A stretch of 64,000 nt of DNA from the human T2T-CHM13v2.0 reference genome, Homo sapiens, in NCBI RefSeq assembly GCF_009914755.1, contig NC_060927.1; one strand, given 5' to 3'. Positions 42,746 through 57,559 of the stretch are shown here, one piece after another. Each line of letters starts with the position of its first letter. Within the stretch, counting starts at the first letter, position 1. The position numbers and the translations under genes were made by a program. A model generated the notes under the pieces. It searched no databases, had not been told where the DNA came from, and saw only the letters and a list, made by a program, of their open reading frames with translations.

Positions 42746-43594
42746 TGATAAGCCTTTTCATATAGCCAATATATTCTTGGCAGAAAATCATTTCTGGGAA
42801 AACTTAAACAAATATATCCTTGTTTTATTCTAGGACAAATGTGTGTATATGTACCTCTTATATGCATAAAAGGAAAGTTTTACTAAGGTCACTTTGAAAA
42901 GAAAATAAGCAAAACAAAAGAAAGATAAAAACAAAATGCAGATGCAAACTCATTAGAAAAATCAGAATTAGACACCATGATAATCAGGTTTGAAATTCTC
43001 AATAGACAGAAAAAAAGGTCTTGAACATTTTTATAACTAACAAAACAAAGCAAAAATAGGTTATGAACACCAAATTATATTCAAAATTCAGTCAAACAAA
43101 ATCTTTACTTTCCAAGTGGGATGTTGAGAAGTTAAGAATAGTGAAATAAAGCTTTACTCTCTTTAACAATTTTCATGCTTTCGGAGTCCTGTAGCTTAAT
43201 TTTTGCAGTTGCTGAGTCTGGGCCTTGACATGCCTGGAGGCACTCAGCTGCAAACTCAGGCTCACGCAGGGTAACAGCACTGAGCTGTATTTAGTTTTGA
43301 AAATTAAACCAAAAGGAGAATATTCAGTGGGCTATTTGATAGGAAATTAAGTTCTCAAATGACACTAAAATCATCTTGTAATACAAAAGTGACTCTGAAA
43401 TAAAGAGCCCACTTTACAATGCTCATAGTACCATTGATTCATCCACATGTGTGCTGTGCCCTCTAACCCTGGAGGGTCCCGCATTTATTCCAACAATATA
43501 TTCATTGATCGAGATATTTTTGTAACTTCTTTTTTGGAATTATCCTTAGACCCCATTGGATTTTTCTGTCTATTAATTTACATGTGTATGAACT

Positions 43595-43955
43595 CGTTCA
43601 TTTAGCAATTATTTGTTGAACCCTAAGGTGTTTCATGTGCTGCTCTAGATGCTGGTGATACCACTGTCAGTGAAAAAAGATGGATGAAAAGCCTGCCCTC
43701 TAGGTCCTCAAATACCAATGTGAGGAGAAAGAGGCAAAAATAAATACGTAAATCATATGGCAGGCCAGAGGACAGAAGTGATGAAGAGGAAGATGAAGCT
43801 GAGGAGGAGGACGGCAAGGGCTTGAGTGGGAATGACTTTCTGTGGAAGCTCCTCAGAAAGCGTGTCATTTGAGTAAAGATCTAAAGGCGGTAAAAGAGTG
43901 AGCCATGGAGATATATTAGGAAAGAACATTCCAGAGAGAAGGAATAGCATGTGTT
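43595..43955 (-). mobile_element. L2a 3' fragment
   Basis: TTCATTTAGCAATTATTTGTTGA...GGAAAGAACATTCCAGAGAGAAGGAATAGCATGTG. Confidence 0.75.
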
Positions 43956-44069
43956 TTATGGCCTTTTATGGTATTTTTTTCAGATTAATTTAAATAAAAA
44001 CTACATTTAGTAATTCTTTGGGGGGGAAATAATAATAAAAAAAAATCCCCAGCCATAGACTAGTATATA

Positions 44070-44242
44070 AAGTTAGTGAGGAATCTTCCTGCAGGTCTGT
44101 GCCTTGGGCATAAGATAGGTAATCAAGCATTACTGTATTTTGATATCACTATAGTCTCTCCTTGTTTAATGTTAGTCTTACTTAGATGACTCTAAAAGGA
44201 TGGAAAATACCAAGATTGTCTAGTTAATGGAAAATTTTAAAA
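44070..44242 (+). repeat. Local direct duplication, copy 2 (~173 bp)
   Basis: See copy 1; shared blocks include AAGATAGGTAATCAAGCAT, TAGATGACTCTAAAA, AGATTGTCTAGTTAA. Confidence 0.95.
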
Positions 44243-44339
44243 AAATATGCTAGCATAGAAACTATCCCTTAAACCAGTCCTATAATTCCCCCCACTTGCA
44301 CACACATTTGCCGTGTGTTTAGAACCAGTATTCCTGAAT

Positions 44340-46560
44340 GAGCAAATTCTAATTTACTATCAACTTCTTGGAGTTTCCTCTCTGTCTCCTTGTCTTAACT
44401 GAAATTTGGTCCACCTTAGACACCACTAAGCCTGCAGCATTCTCAAGTTCTTTCCATTTATTGTCTAGTACCATGTGTATTTCAGGGGCTGGCTAATGGG
44501 TTGGTTCCTCCACAGTCCTCTTCATAACTTCTAAAACATTACTTCCATACCCTCTTATTAAAAGGAAAACAAAACCAAACAAATAAAAAGTCTTGCCCCT
44601 TCTTCTAATATAACATGCTCTCCTCCTCTTATTTGCTACTATCTCAAGCCTCTCAGTTGCTACCCTTTATCTTAAAATAGCTAGCAATGGCTCCGAGACA
44701 TCCTGGGACCATTAATTACTCTCCCCATCCAGGATACCATGGTCTTTCAGGTACCTTGTTGTCTTTATTGAGGGAGAATTTCTCCCATCTCAACCCTCAG
44801 TCAAGCTCTCTCTCAGTCACATTAGCATTGCCTATGATTACTCTGAATTTTTAAAAGATCACAAAATCACAAAAAGCACAACCTCCTGTCTTACAGTTTG
44901 CCTTATAAGAAAACCATTTTTTTAACCTCATATGAACACTGTCCACTTTATCTAGTTCAAATCACCACTCTTAATCTTCATGCACTTTTTCGTAGTGGGC
45001 ATAGTTTTCCTGGCCCATCATTTTAATAATTATAATAGGACACCTAATTCCCTTGTCTTTTTATCACATCTGCGTGGCAAAGATTCTCCATAAATTACCT
45101 GCTTTCTTTAGCTTGCTCAGAAACAGCCACACGGGACTGAGAAATGTCACACAACAAGGCACACTACTCAAAATAAATGTGTGATCTCTAACTTAAAGAG
45201 GAACTAAACACTGTTCATTTGACAGAGAAATCCTCTGCAACTCCTCTTAACGGCACACCAAGTCTTCTTTGAGCTCCTGTAAACAACTTCCATTTCTGTC
45301 TTCACCCTGTATAGACGATTCTAGCTCCTATATCATAAAGACAATTGTATTTTTCCACAGAGAATCCTTCAACTTTCATTTCATTTTTCTTTCTTTCTTT
45401 TTTTTTTTTTTTAAGACAGAGTTTCCCTCTGTCACCCAGTCTGGAGTGCAGTGGCATGATCACAGCTCACTGCAGCCTTGACCTCCTGGGCTCAAGCGAT
45501 CCTCCCACCTCAGCCTCCTGTGTATTTGCGGCCACAACATGAGCCACTAGTGCCACAATGCCCAGCTAACTTTTTTGTTTTTTAGAGATAAGGTCTCCGT
45601 ATGTTGCCCAGGCTTATCTCAAACTGCTGAACTCAAGCAGTCCTCCCACCTTGGCCTCCCGAAGTGCTGGGATTACAGGCATGAGCCACTGCACCTGGCC
45701 AACTTTCTGTTCCTTTACTCACAACTTCTTTAACATTTGTCCTCCTCCTTGTCTTCCTTCCGGTTATAACAAGAGGGCTGCATCTACATCTAAGGCCAAT
45801 CTCATCTACTCTGCTTTGAATCATGATCTGTTTCTCCCTTCTCAGAGAAGTTACATCTAAACATACCTTCTCAACGTGATTCAACTGGATAAAATTGCCA
45901 GTACTTCTGATCCATACTCTAAAGTTATTTTGTTTTCACACTTAACATCTTTGTCCTTTTTGCAACTTTTGACAATGGTGAATATTTTCTAATTCCTTTA
46001 AGCACTGTCTTCTTTAGTCTTTGTGACACCCCCTATTTGGTTTTACTTCACCTTCACTGGCTCCCTAGCAGCTGTTTTTCCCCAGGCCTCTTTGTAATCT
46101 GACCACCATCAACCAACCATTTTAAGGTGGGAGTTATTCAAAGCTCAGACCTAAGTTCTGTGTTCTCCACTTGCTCTACGGTCTTCCTAGGCAGTTCCAT
46201 CCATATTCAATGTTTCTTCTATCTCCTATATTTAGGAGATTCCCTGAATTGTTTTTCTACCTCGGTCTTCCCTACTGAGCTTCAGATCTGTATATCTAAT
46301 GCAGTATTGTTATCCATATATTTCAGAGAATATGTCCCAGCCAAACTCTTGACACTCTCTCCACACTACCTGATTCTCTCCTATCCTTGGCCAGCTCAGT
46401 GAATGTCGTCATTGAGTCACATGTGCAAATCTGGAGCTTAAGAGTCATCTCTGGTTCTGACCTCCAGCTCACCTTCCTGTTCAATTCATCACCAAATTAC
46501 ACTCAAATTAATCTCTCTACCTCCAGTGCCAACAGCTTAGTCTAAGCTACCATTATCTTT
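44340..46560 (+). mobile_element. Long L2 LINE remnant (endonuclease to RT region), interrupted by an AluJ
   Basis: LLVLTEIW (~LTETW, APE motif) from 44386; ORF 46127..46402 GVIQSSDLS / YLGDS resembles L2 RT GVPQGSVLG / YADDS. Confidence 0.7.
45378..45700 (-). mobile_element. AluJ SINE
   Basis: CCTTGACCTCCTGGGCTCAAGCGATCCTCCCACCTC J-type diagnostics; TSD AACTTTC. Confidence 0.93.
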
Positions 46561-48304
46561 ATTAACTATTTGACCTCACAGGGTGAATTCTATATGCTCA
46601 ATTCAGGTAATGTCAAAGAAACAAACGGGTCAATATACTTTATGGGTGAATAGTTTTAAATAATAATTAATTAATCTATTTATTTATATACCTTAGCATG
46701 TTTATTCGAGTGGTCTCAGAGATACAAGAGTTTTCTTCTGCTGAGTTGACCACTTAGATTTAATGGGAAACCGGAAATGTCATGTTCAATAATTGTTCAT
46801 TTTCTTAACAGATTGTTCTATTTTTCTTAATCAGAATAAATAAATATAGCCTCAACTATTTTGATTAGCTTCTTAGAATATCTAGTAAGATTTTCATAGA
46901 CATTTCTTCCATGTTAAAGTGTTCTTTCAGATCTGTTTAACACAAGCCTCTCAACTAATTCATTTGTACCAAAAACTTTAGTACCACTGTACTCTTAAAA
47001 AATGTTGTTGTAATAAAGGACAAAGAAGGAAAAGAAGAAGAAAAAGGAGAAAAAGAAGACAAAAGATGTAGGGATATAGAAAAGAGAGAGATATAGTTCA
47101 ATTCAGCTGCAAAATTGGATAATTTTTGCATGTAGTTATAGTTTTTCTACCTAGTGAAGGGTCAATTGAGGTTCCACAATTGTGGGAAAAGATTAAAGGT
47201 CATTCAAAACTGTGTGAAACATCAATACTTGCTGATAATATTGTGATTAATGTAAATGTGAAGTACCTGCACCTTGTGATAAGGACAATAAAAATTTAAA
47301 ACCCATCTGACAGTATATTTGGAACATTCAGACTATGAGATCTGACTTTGAGATACTTGAAATTTAGTGCAAGAAATTGGTATAATTTCCATTTGTCAGG
47401 GAGATTTTTAAAAAACCTGTTTATGTATAAAGGCCACTGATTCCATTGCCATAAATGGTTACAAATATTTCTCCAAAATTAGGAGGGGGCTGAGGTTTAT
47501 GTCTGCAGATGTACTGTAACTTATATAGTTCTGTATTGGATATGGTTTACTAATACATACAACTCAGGCTAAATATGGAGAGATTTGTTATCCTTACATT
47601 TCTTTGAGATAAAACCATATATCCTTTCAAAGACAAGTTTGCAAAATAACAAATGATTAAATTTGCAATCAACTGATCATCTGTAGCATATATTAGACTA
47701 ATTGCTAACAATACCAAGTAATTTCATTTTCAGAAAAAAAATCAGTTAATAAAAATATCTATTAGATATTCATCACAGTGAACCCCAAAGCCAATGCAAT
47801 CTCTTCATTTCTTAAAGTATTTTAACAACAGTAAAGATGGTCTAGTTAGTATTCCATAAAATGTTTTTTCAAAAATCTAATTTATAATGAAGATATGCAA
47901 ATCACCATAAGAAAAATGGTTTATAACTCACTATAATAAAATATATATTCTGTGCAAAAAGTTAACTTATATTTAACTTCCTTTCTAAAAACAGCTCTGG
48001 ATTGATTGCATTACAGGAAATTAAGTATGCAATTTAAACAATTCTAAATGCATTGCTTTATTTTAATAATGTTTGGTAGACAATTCCAAACACTTTTTTG
48101 TTTGTTTCCGTAAAGAACAATTCTAGGGCTAAAAATTCTAAATAAACTGAACTAACTGACTACTGTGTAGGAGAAGCATCAGTCATATGAATGACATCAG
48201 GAAAGGATAAAACTGTACCAATTGCAGGAAAAAAAATCACTTGGATTTCACAAGTGACTGAATAAGTTAGGGTGTTAATCTATGTGTATAATAAGATAAC
48301 TACC

Positions 48305-48573
48305 TTTTGCATCTTTCAGAGATGGGATCTTGCTCCATTGCCCAGGATAGAGTGCAGTGGTGTGATCATAGCTCACTGTAGCCTGGAACTCCTAGGCTCA
48401 AATGATTCTCCCAAGCAGCTAAGATTACAGACTTGAGCCACAGTGCCCAGCTGATGTTTTTATTATTTATTTCTTTCTTTTTGTAGAGGTGAGGTCTCAC
48501 TTTATTGCCCAGGCTGATCTCAAACCCCTCCCCAAATGCTGGGATTTACAGGCATGAGCCATCGTGCCTGGCC
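48305..48573 (-). mobile_element. AluJo SINE with internal deletions
   Basis: GATCATAGCTCACTGTAGCC...; ends GCCTGGCC. Confidence 0.88.
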
Positions 48574-49237
48574 AGTGCTCATGTTTGAAAGTTATTTTGT
48601 GACATGATAAAAATGAGATGAAAATTAAAGGCAATTTTTAGCTTCTTTTATTCCCGATAAATCTTAAATTATATTTATTTAAAATATCTATGATGACCTT
48701 AATTCTCAAATCATAATTTTTCTTATCAATGATCTTTCTCACTAATAATTGAGAGTTTTCTTGATTTCAAAAAGTATACCTTTGTCATAAGCGACTCTTT
48801 CTTTCAGTATACCTAGTATTAAAATGTAATTTCAAGAAAGTCTTCCAATCAGCGTTCTGTGAACTTCCAGAAACTAACCTTAATTTGCATAGTCACCATT
48901 ATTTCTAGTTGTTTACAGAAAGAATCCTCAAATTTAGCAAAATGGCATGTTCATTTTCCCACTCCCCTCCAATCCTCTGCACCTTCAATCTATACCCATA
49001 AATGCATGTCACTTTTTGGCCTATCCAAATTCATCCTATGTCTTTAATAACCTACTAAAGCCCAGTCTCCCTTATGAAGCTTTTAAAGGATTGCAGACTC
49101 TCTTTCTTTTACTGAATTCTTATAGCATATATCATAATAACATAACATAATTATACATGTTTTACACTATTTTTAAACTATCAGGCTTCCTTATATAAAA
49201 CCACAATTTCTGGTCTCACCTTTTGTCTCTAGTAGAT

Positions 49238-49403
49238 TGCTGCGGTGATAGCTTCAGTGTACTCATGCCTCACCCCTATTCACCCCTTGCAGAGTCCCCT
49301 CCCATGTTGACTCCTCTGGGCTTGGTCAAGTGACTTGCTTTGGTCAATGTGACAATAGCAAATGTAAAGTAAGCAAAGACTAAAAAAAAAATGTTTACAC
49401 TGG
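49238..49403 (+). mobile_element. MLT1G/H-like LTR 5' part, truncated by L1
   Basis: CTCTGGGCTTGGTCAAGTGACTTGCTTTGGTCAATG MLT1 block. Confidence 0.7.
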
Positions 49404-49404
49404 C

Positions 49405-51075
49405 CTAGGGAGGTGCAAGATCTCCATAACAACTATAAGCCACTGCTTAACAAAATCAAAGATGACACAAATGAGTGGAAAAAAAATCCCATGCTCATGG
49501 ATAGGAAGAATCAATGTTGTTAAAATACTACTGCTGAAAGCAATTTATAGATTCAATGATATTCCCATTAAACTACGATTGACATTCTTTATACGAGACC
49601 AAAAAAGACCCTGAATGCAATCCTAAGCTAAAAGAACAAAGCTGGAGGCATCATGCTACCCAACTTCAAACTATACTACAGGGATACAGTAATGAAAACA
49701 GCATGGTATTGATGCAAAAACAGACACATAAACCAATGAGACAGAATAGACAACCCAAAAATAAGACTGTACACCAACAACTACCAGATCTTTGACAAAC
49801 CTGACAAAAACAAGCAATGGGGAAAGTATTCCCTTTTCAATAAATGGTGCTGGGATAACTGACTAGCTGTATGCCGAAGACTGAAGCTGGACCCCTTCCT
49901 TACACCCTACACAAAAATCAACTCAGGATGCATTAAAAACTGAAATGTAAAACCTGGAAGTATAACAACTCTGGAAGACAACCTAGGTAATACCATTCAG
50001 GACATAGGCACAGACAAGGATTCATGATGAAGACACCAAAAGCAATTGCAATATAAGCAAAAATTGGTAAATGGTATCCGATTAAACTAAAGATCTTCTG
50101 CACAGCAAAAGACTGTTAGCAGAGTAAACAGATAACCTACAAAATAGGAAAATATTTTTCAAACTATGTACCTGACAAAAGTCTAATATTCACCACCATT
50201 AAGGAAATTAAATAAATTTATAAGAAAAAACCAACTACGTTAAAAAGAAGGCAAAGGACATAAACTGACACTTCTCAAAAGAAGACATACATGCAGCCAA
50301 CAATCATGAATAAAAGCTCAACATCACTGATCATCAGAGAAATGCAAATCAAAACCACCGTGAGATACAATCTCACACCCGTCAGAATGGCTATTATTAA
50401 AAAGTCAAAAAAATAACAGATGCTGGCAAGGTTGTAGAGAAAAAGGAATGCTTATACACTGTTGGTGGGAATGTAAATTAGTTCAACAATTGTAGAAGAC
50501 AATGTGGCGATTCCTCAAAGACCTAAAGACAGAAATGCCATTTGACCCAGCAATCCCATTACTGGGTATATACCCAAAAGGGTATAAATTATTCTATTAT
50601 AAAGACACATGCCCAGGTATGTTCCTTGCAGCACTATTCACTATAGCAAATACATGAACTCAGCCTATATTGCCCATCAATGGGTAGACTGGATAAAGAA
50701 AATGCAGTACATATACATCATGGAATACTACATGGCCATAAAAAAGAACAAGATCACATCCTTTGCAGGGACATGGATGGAACTGGGGGCCATTATTCTT
50801 AGCAAACTAATGCAGAAACAGAAAACCAAATTCTGCATATTCTCACTTATAAGTGGGAGCTAAATGATGAGAAGACATGGACACATACACACAGGGGCCT
50901 ATTGGAGGGTAGAGAATGAGAGGGGCAAGAGGATCAGGGAAAATAACTAACGGATACTAGGCTTAATACTTGGGTGATGAAATAATCTGTACATCAAATC
51001 CCCTTGACACAAGTTTAATTATGTAACAAACCTACAAATGTACTCCTGAACTTGAAATAGAAATTGAAAGAAAAA
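49405..51075 (+). mobile_element. L1PA13-16-like LINE-1, 5'-truncated, ~1.7 kb
   Basis: Continuous ORF2 3' homology (ORF 50609..50863) and 3'UTR GGATCAGGGAAAATAACTAACGGATACTAGGCTTAATAC... Confidence 0.92.
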
Positions 51076-51101
51076 GGAAATTAAGACATCCTCCTTGATT
51101 T

Positions 51102-51132
<31 letters not shown>

Positions 51133-51199
51133 CTCTCTGCACATCTAAAGAGGTAACAAAAAAGAAGATAATGTTTAAGTATCTCCTAGTGTGCACTAA

Positions 51200-51790
51200 A
51201 AAAAAATAAAGTGGAAATATGAGAAAAAAATAAAAGATATAGAGAGTCGATCCAGGAGATCTAACACTGGACAGTTAAGATATTCTTACAGAGAAGAAAG
51301 AAAACTTAAGAGAAAAAAAAAACAAACATCACAATCAAATTTTCTAGAGCCAATGGAGAACACTAGTCTTTAAATAAGTTGAAAGGGTCAATCTTGTGTA
51401 GGGCAAGATTAAAGGAAAAAGTACCCAACTCTAAACATTCTAAAGAACCACAGAAGATCCTATAAACTTTTACAGAGAGAAAAATAAATCCCATCCACAA
51501 ATGAAAGATTATTCAACTTTCCATCAGCCAACTTAATGCTAGTGGCATAATATCTTCAAAGTTAGGAAGGAAAATAATTTTGAGCCTAGAATTTGATACA
51601 GAGCCAATGCATCAGTCAAATCTGATGAATATTTCAAGACAAGGAGAATCTGAAAAGTTCACTTCTCATTCATTCTTTTGTAAAAAGTTACTTGAAGGTA
51701 CAATACAGCACAATGAGGAATACATGAAGAAGCAGGAAGATATGAGTGACACAAACAGGGATAGACTTCAGTAGAGCATTGAAGTTATGT
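51200..51790 (+). mobile_element. Ancient L1M ORF1-region remnant
   Basis: GATCCAGGAGATCTAAC...ATCTTCAAAGTTAGGAAGGAAAATAATTTTGAGCCTAGAATT ORF1-like blocks. Confidence 0.6.
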
Positions 51791-52582
51791 TTTGATAGGA
51801 TAACAGTTGACTTTGATGTTATAAGGAATAGCCTGTTATATTTAGCAAGAAAAGGAAAGGCCACTGATAGAAACTTTCTATGACTTTGTTTTAATAAAAT
51901 AGCCCCTAAAAGAAAAGAATGTAATAAAACAAAAAGGCAGTGAAAATTGTAAGAATTTTTTCTCAATAAGTATATTTCTTATAATAAAAAAAGAAAGCAA
52001 AATTAAGAGGAATGGAGAAAGATAAAAAGAGGAGGAGAAGGAAAGGCAGAAATCTGAAATTTAAAATGTGCAAGAAAAAGCATGGCTGAAATATGAAGTT
52101 TATAAAGCCCCCAAATGGGACTTTATTTCTATCTTTGGGTGAAGTGAAAAAATGGCATAATGTTAATGACAAAGGAATTGTAGACAAGGAAATATAATCA
52201 CAGAACACCAATAAACTTTGCTATATACAGTTAACCTATCAATAATAGTAATAATGTACATTCAACAATGATTTTTAACATTCAGTTACAATGTATAGAT
52301 AAAGCATATAAATAACCAAATTAAAAATAAAAGAAGTATAACTTATACAGAAGTTGAGAAGTGAACCTGATTACAGGTTAACTAACAAGTGGGATCCAAT
52401 GCAGAGAAGCCAAAGTCCTTGACTTTGCTTTCCTGGAGAAAATTCCTGTCATTCCAGGCTACATCCATTGAACTCCAAGTGTAGCATTCTTGAATCAAGC
52501 AAGGCAACGGGAAGTCACATCCACTCACCCGCATTCTTTTCTCATTGGTATCCATTGTTCTATGTGCTATTTTAAAAATAAA

Positions 52583-53855
52583 CTCCGTTTTAAGTTATCT
52601 GAGAAATCTCCCAACTCCTTTCTGCTCTCCACAGTGGCTGAACTAATTTACATTACCACCAACAGTATATATGTTCCCTTTTCTCTGCAGCCTCAACAGC
52701 AACTTGTTTTTTGACTTTTTAATAATAGCCCTTCTGACTGGTGTGAGATGGTGTCATGCTGCCATTTTGATTTGAATTTCTCTGATGATTAGTGACGTCC
52801 GGCATTTTTTTTTCATATGTTTGGTGTCCACTTGTACGTCTTCTTTGAGAAGTATAAGTTCTTGTCTTTTGCCCACGTTTTAATGCAGTTGTTTTTTGCT
52901 TATTCAATTGTTTAAGTTCCTCATAGATTCTGGATATTAGACCTTTGTCAGATGCTTAGTTTGCAATTATTTTCTCCCATTCTGTAGGTTGTCTGTTTAC
53001 TCTGTTAATAGTTTGTTTTGTTGTGCAGAAGCACTTTAGTATAACTAGGTACTACTTTTAAATTTTTGTTTTTGTTGCAATTGCTTTTGAAGACTTAGCC
53101 ATAAATTCTATCCTAAGGCCAATGTGCAGAATGATTTTTTCCTAGGTTTTCTTCTAAGATTCTTAGAGTTTGAGGTCTTACATTTAAATCGTTAAGCCAT
53201 CTTGAGTTACTTTTTGCATATAGCGAAAGATAGGGGTCCAGTTTCATTCTGCATATAGCCAGCCAGCTATCTCCGCACCATTTATTAAATAGGGAGTCTT
53301 TTCCTAATAGCAATCTCATTGCTAGGCATATATCCAAAAGAAAATAAGTAATTCTACCAAAAAGTCACATGTACTCATATATTCACTGCAGCACTATTCA
53401 CAATAGCAAAGACATGGAGTCAACCTAGGTGCCCATTAATGGAGGAATGGATGAAGAAAATATGGTACATATACACCATGGAATACTATGCAGCCATAAA
53501 AAGAATGAAATCATGTTCTTTGCAGCAACATGAATGCAGCTGAAGGACATTATCCTAAGCAAATTAACACAGGAACCGAAAACCAAATATAATATGATCT
53601 CACTTATAAATGGGAACTAAACATTGGGTACTCATGGACATAAAGATGGCAACAATAGACACTGATGATTCCTAGATTGTAGGGGGAGGGAGAAGGGTAA
53701 CAACTGAGACACTAACTATTGGGTACTATGCTCATTACCTGAGTGACAGGATCAATCATACCCTAAACCTCAGAATCATGCAATATATCCACGTAGCAAA
53801 CTTGCACACGTACCACCTGAATCTAAAATAAAATTTGAAATTATTGGAAAAAAAT
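52583..53855. mobile_element. L1PA16/L1PB4-like LINE-1 with 5' inversion (- strand 52583-53305; + strand 3' end 53308-53855)
   Basis: ORFs 52719..52907 and 53113..53337 lie in minus-strand L1 ORF2 sequence; plus-strand 3'UTR CATAAAGATGGCAACAATAGACACTG...CCTGAATCTAAAATAAAA. Confidence 0.9.
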
Positions 53856-54231
53856 ACAAGCAATATCAAATAAATGCACATTTGAACTAAGTTCAAACCT
53901 TCATTCTTACCCATTTTTGAAACTCAGGTAGAACTTTAGGGTCAGACCTACCTTAAGGAAATACAGAAAGTACTCTAATTATATTGAGAATAAAGGGAAA
54001 GATAAATGAGAAATTAGAAGACATGAGAAAAATATTATTTGTCTTCTTGAATAATGTTTCAAATTTATAAAATTATACACAGTAGTCTAAACACATTATT
54101 GAATATTGAAATAACATCATCAAGAAAGTTTTTATTTTTTAAAAAAGGAAAATAAGTGGTTGCATTTGGGGAGTGATATTGGAGAACAGGTAGAATTAAG
54201 GCAAAGTATTTTCATAATCATCATTATAATA

Positions 54232-54650
54232 GTAAGGGGCGCTGTGTAGATCCCCTCTCCAAAACATATACCCAAGTTACTGGGAGTGTTGCTAAGAATA
54301 GCTCTCAGCTGAGTTCCACTTCAACTTTTGACTTGGGCTCAAAAATGTCAGAATGTCATCCAAAGTCACACTTATCTGGGAATAGCTCACATCAAATGAA
54401 TGGTCAATGTTGGATCTTTTACTCTTATTCAAGAAAAATCTCAAGGGTCCTCCATATTTATAGCTTCCTGGAGGATCATCTGTGGCCTCTATTTCCTATA
54501 TCACAACTTGGCTTTTCCTCTGCCCAGTGCTGTTTCCTTTTCCCACCAATCATCTCAATTCCCTTTTATTTTTTAATCTTGAGGACACTCTTCAATTTAT
54601 CTCTTGCAGACAAATCTCCATATCAGAGTCTGCTTTCCAGAGACCCATAT
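54232..54650 (+). mobile_element. LTR16-like ERVL solo LTR
   Basis: GGGAGTGTTGC...AGCTCTCAGCTG; CCTCTGCCCAGTGCTGTTTCC; ends CAAATCTCCATATCAGAGTCTGCTTTCCAGAGACCC. Confidence 0.7.
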
Positions 54651-55479
54651 TTAATTATATATATTATTGGGTTTAAAAATACAAAAAGATTTTTTGCAGT
54701 TATCTCTTAAAATTACTATAAGGGTCAAATTAAGCTATAGGTATGGTATACTATATTTTTGAAAATTTTAGAGTTAATGAAAATAATGACAACAATATAG
54801 CATATTGTTGTTCTATTTTGACAGTTATCACAGATACGTCCCTTTCTCACAGAGAAGTTATCATTTCCCCTTCTGTAAAACTGGGCTTTGGACTTCTGTT
54901 TTTTAGACTCTTTGGTCATTTGATTACTTGTTAAGGGCATATATCTCTGACATGTTCCACGTATTCAATGCTAGATCCTTTCTAGCAGCAATATGAACAC
55001 ACGTATGACATTTTCATACTTAGAAAATAAGCAAACTAATAAAAATGAAATAAATCACGATTCCTAGTATTTACTGACTTCTCTGTTTTACACTGCAGCG
55101 AAACCACCTGCATTACCTCTACTTGCCCCCTCTACTTGCTCTGTCCATTTCCTTATCTCACTTCAATGTCATGGCAATTCAGGTTCAGTGGCAACATTTT
55201 CATGTTCAATGTGTGCCAATTACCAATGGTTTCTTGTTGTTAAATCCCAAATGAACAAGGGCATTTTGTAATTTGTATTTTCTTTCCTGTGTGTAACCTC
55301 ACTCTCATATATCATATATACGAAAATTATATACATAAAAATTAACAACTTCCAATAACATTTTTTTTGACTTCCAACAACTTAAAGTCTTTTTGTACAG
55401 GGAACGTTTAAATGAGTATGTCATTTCAATATATCTTTTAAGTATTATTTTTTAAATTTTTCTTTTGAATCAGGATTTG

Positions 55480-56790
<1,311 letters not shown>

Positions 56791-57324
56791 ATGATAGAGT
56801 TCGGACCTAGAAAGCAGTGCGGTCTTCTGTCACACCTGACCTACATGGATTGTGCCATTTGAGGTCTTGGCACAACAGGCTGTCTGCTTTCTTCTGCTTT
56901 TTCCTTTGCTCAGGCTTCTCTGTGTCTTCAGGAAATAAAATTTGATCTAGCTCTGAAAAGAGCCACAATCAAGGAAAGAAACAAAACTATGAAGCCATGT
57001 AAAAATACATTTATTTAGTACATTTTCAATTCCTTTTGAGTATTATCTAATTTTAAAATATAGCAATTTCTGAACTGAGCAAGTTGAGTATAATGCAATT
57101 TAATCATTACCTGATGAGATTTTAACTGTATAATAGAAAGGGTACTGAAAATATTACCGCTATCCCATCCTGCCTCCAAAGTCCTGAATTTTTAAAATGA
57201 AAAATCCATACATTCAAAATTTCTGGAAATGCAATACTCTTCAGATGATTGCCAAAATAATGTTTCTAAAGTCCTGTTCTTATGAGGTCTTCTCCAGCCT
57301 GGCTTCCTAATCTTTTATATGGCA

Positions 57325-57545
57325 AGGTGGATACAACTTTGGGTTCAATATTCTACCATGTGCTGCCTTTGTGACCTAAGAAATCACTTCATATATTTAA
57401 GTTCCACTTCCCTCATTTATAAAGTGGAGATAGTAATAGTTTTTGCTTAAACATTAACTAATGTGACAAAGATGAAGAGCTCAGCTAACTTCCTGACATA
57501 GTTTTAAGTGCTTGATCCAGGTGAGTTATGATGATGCTATAGTGA
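57325..57545 (+). mobile_element. MIR SINE
   Basis: TGTGACCTAAGAAATCACTT...CTTCCCTCATTTATAAAGTGGAGATAGTAATAG. Confidence 0.7.
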
Positions 57546-57559
57546 TGGCCAAGGCAAAA

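Noticed and set aside
43420-43570. Possible old mariner (MARNA-like) fragment
   Set aside because: Only one short block (TTTTGGAATTATCCTTAGA) resembles recalled consensus; insufficient support
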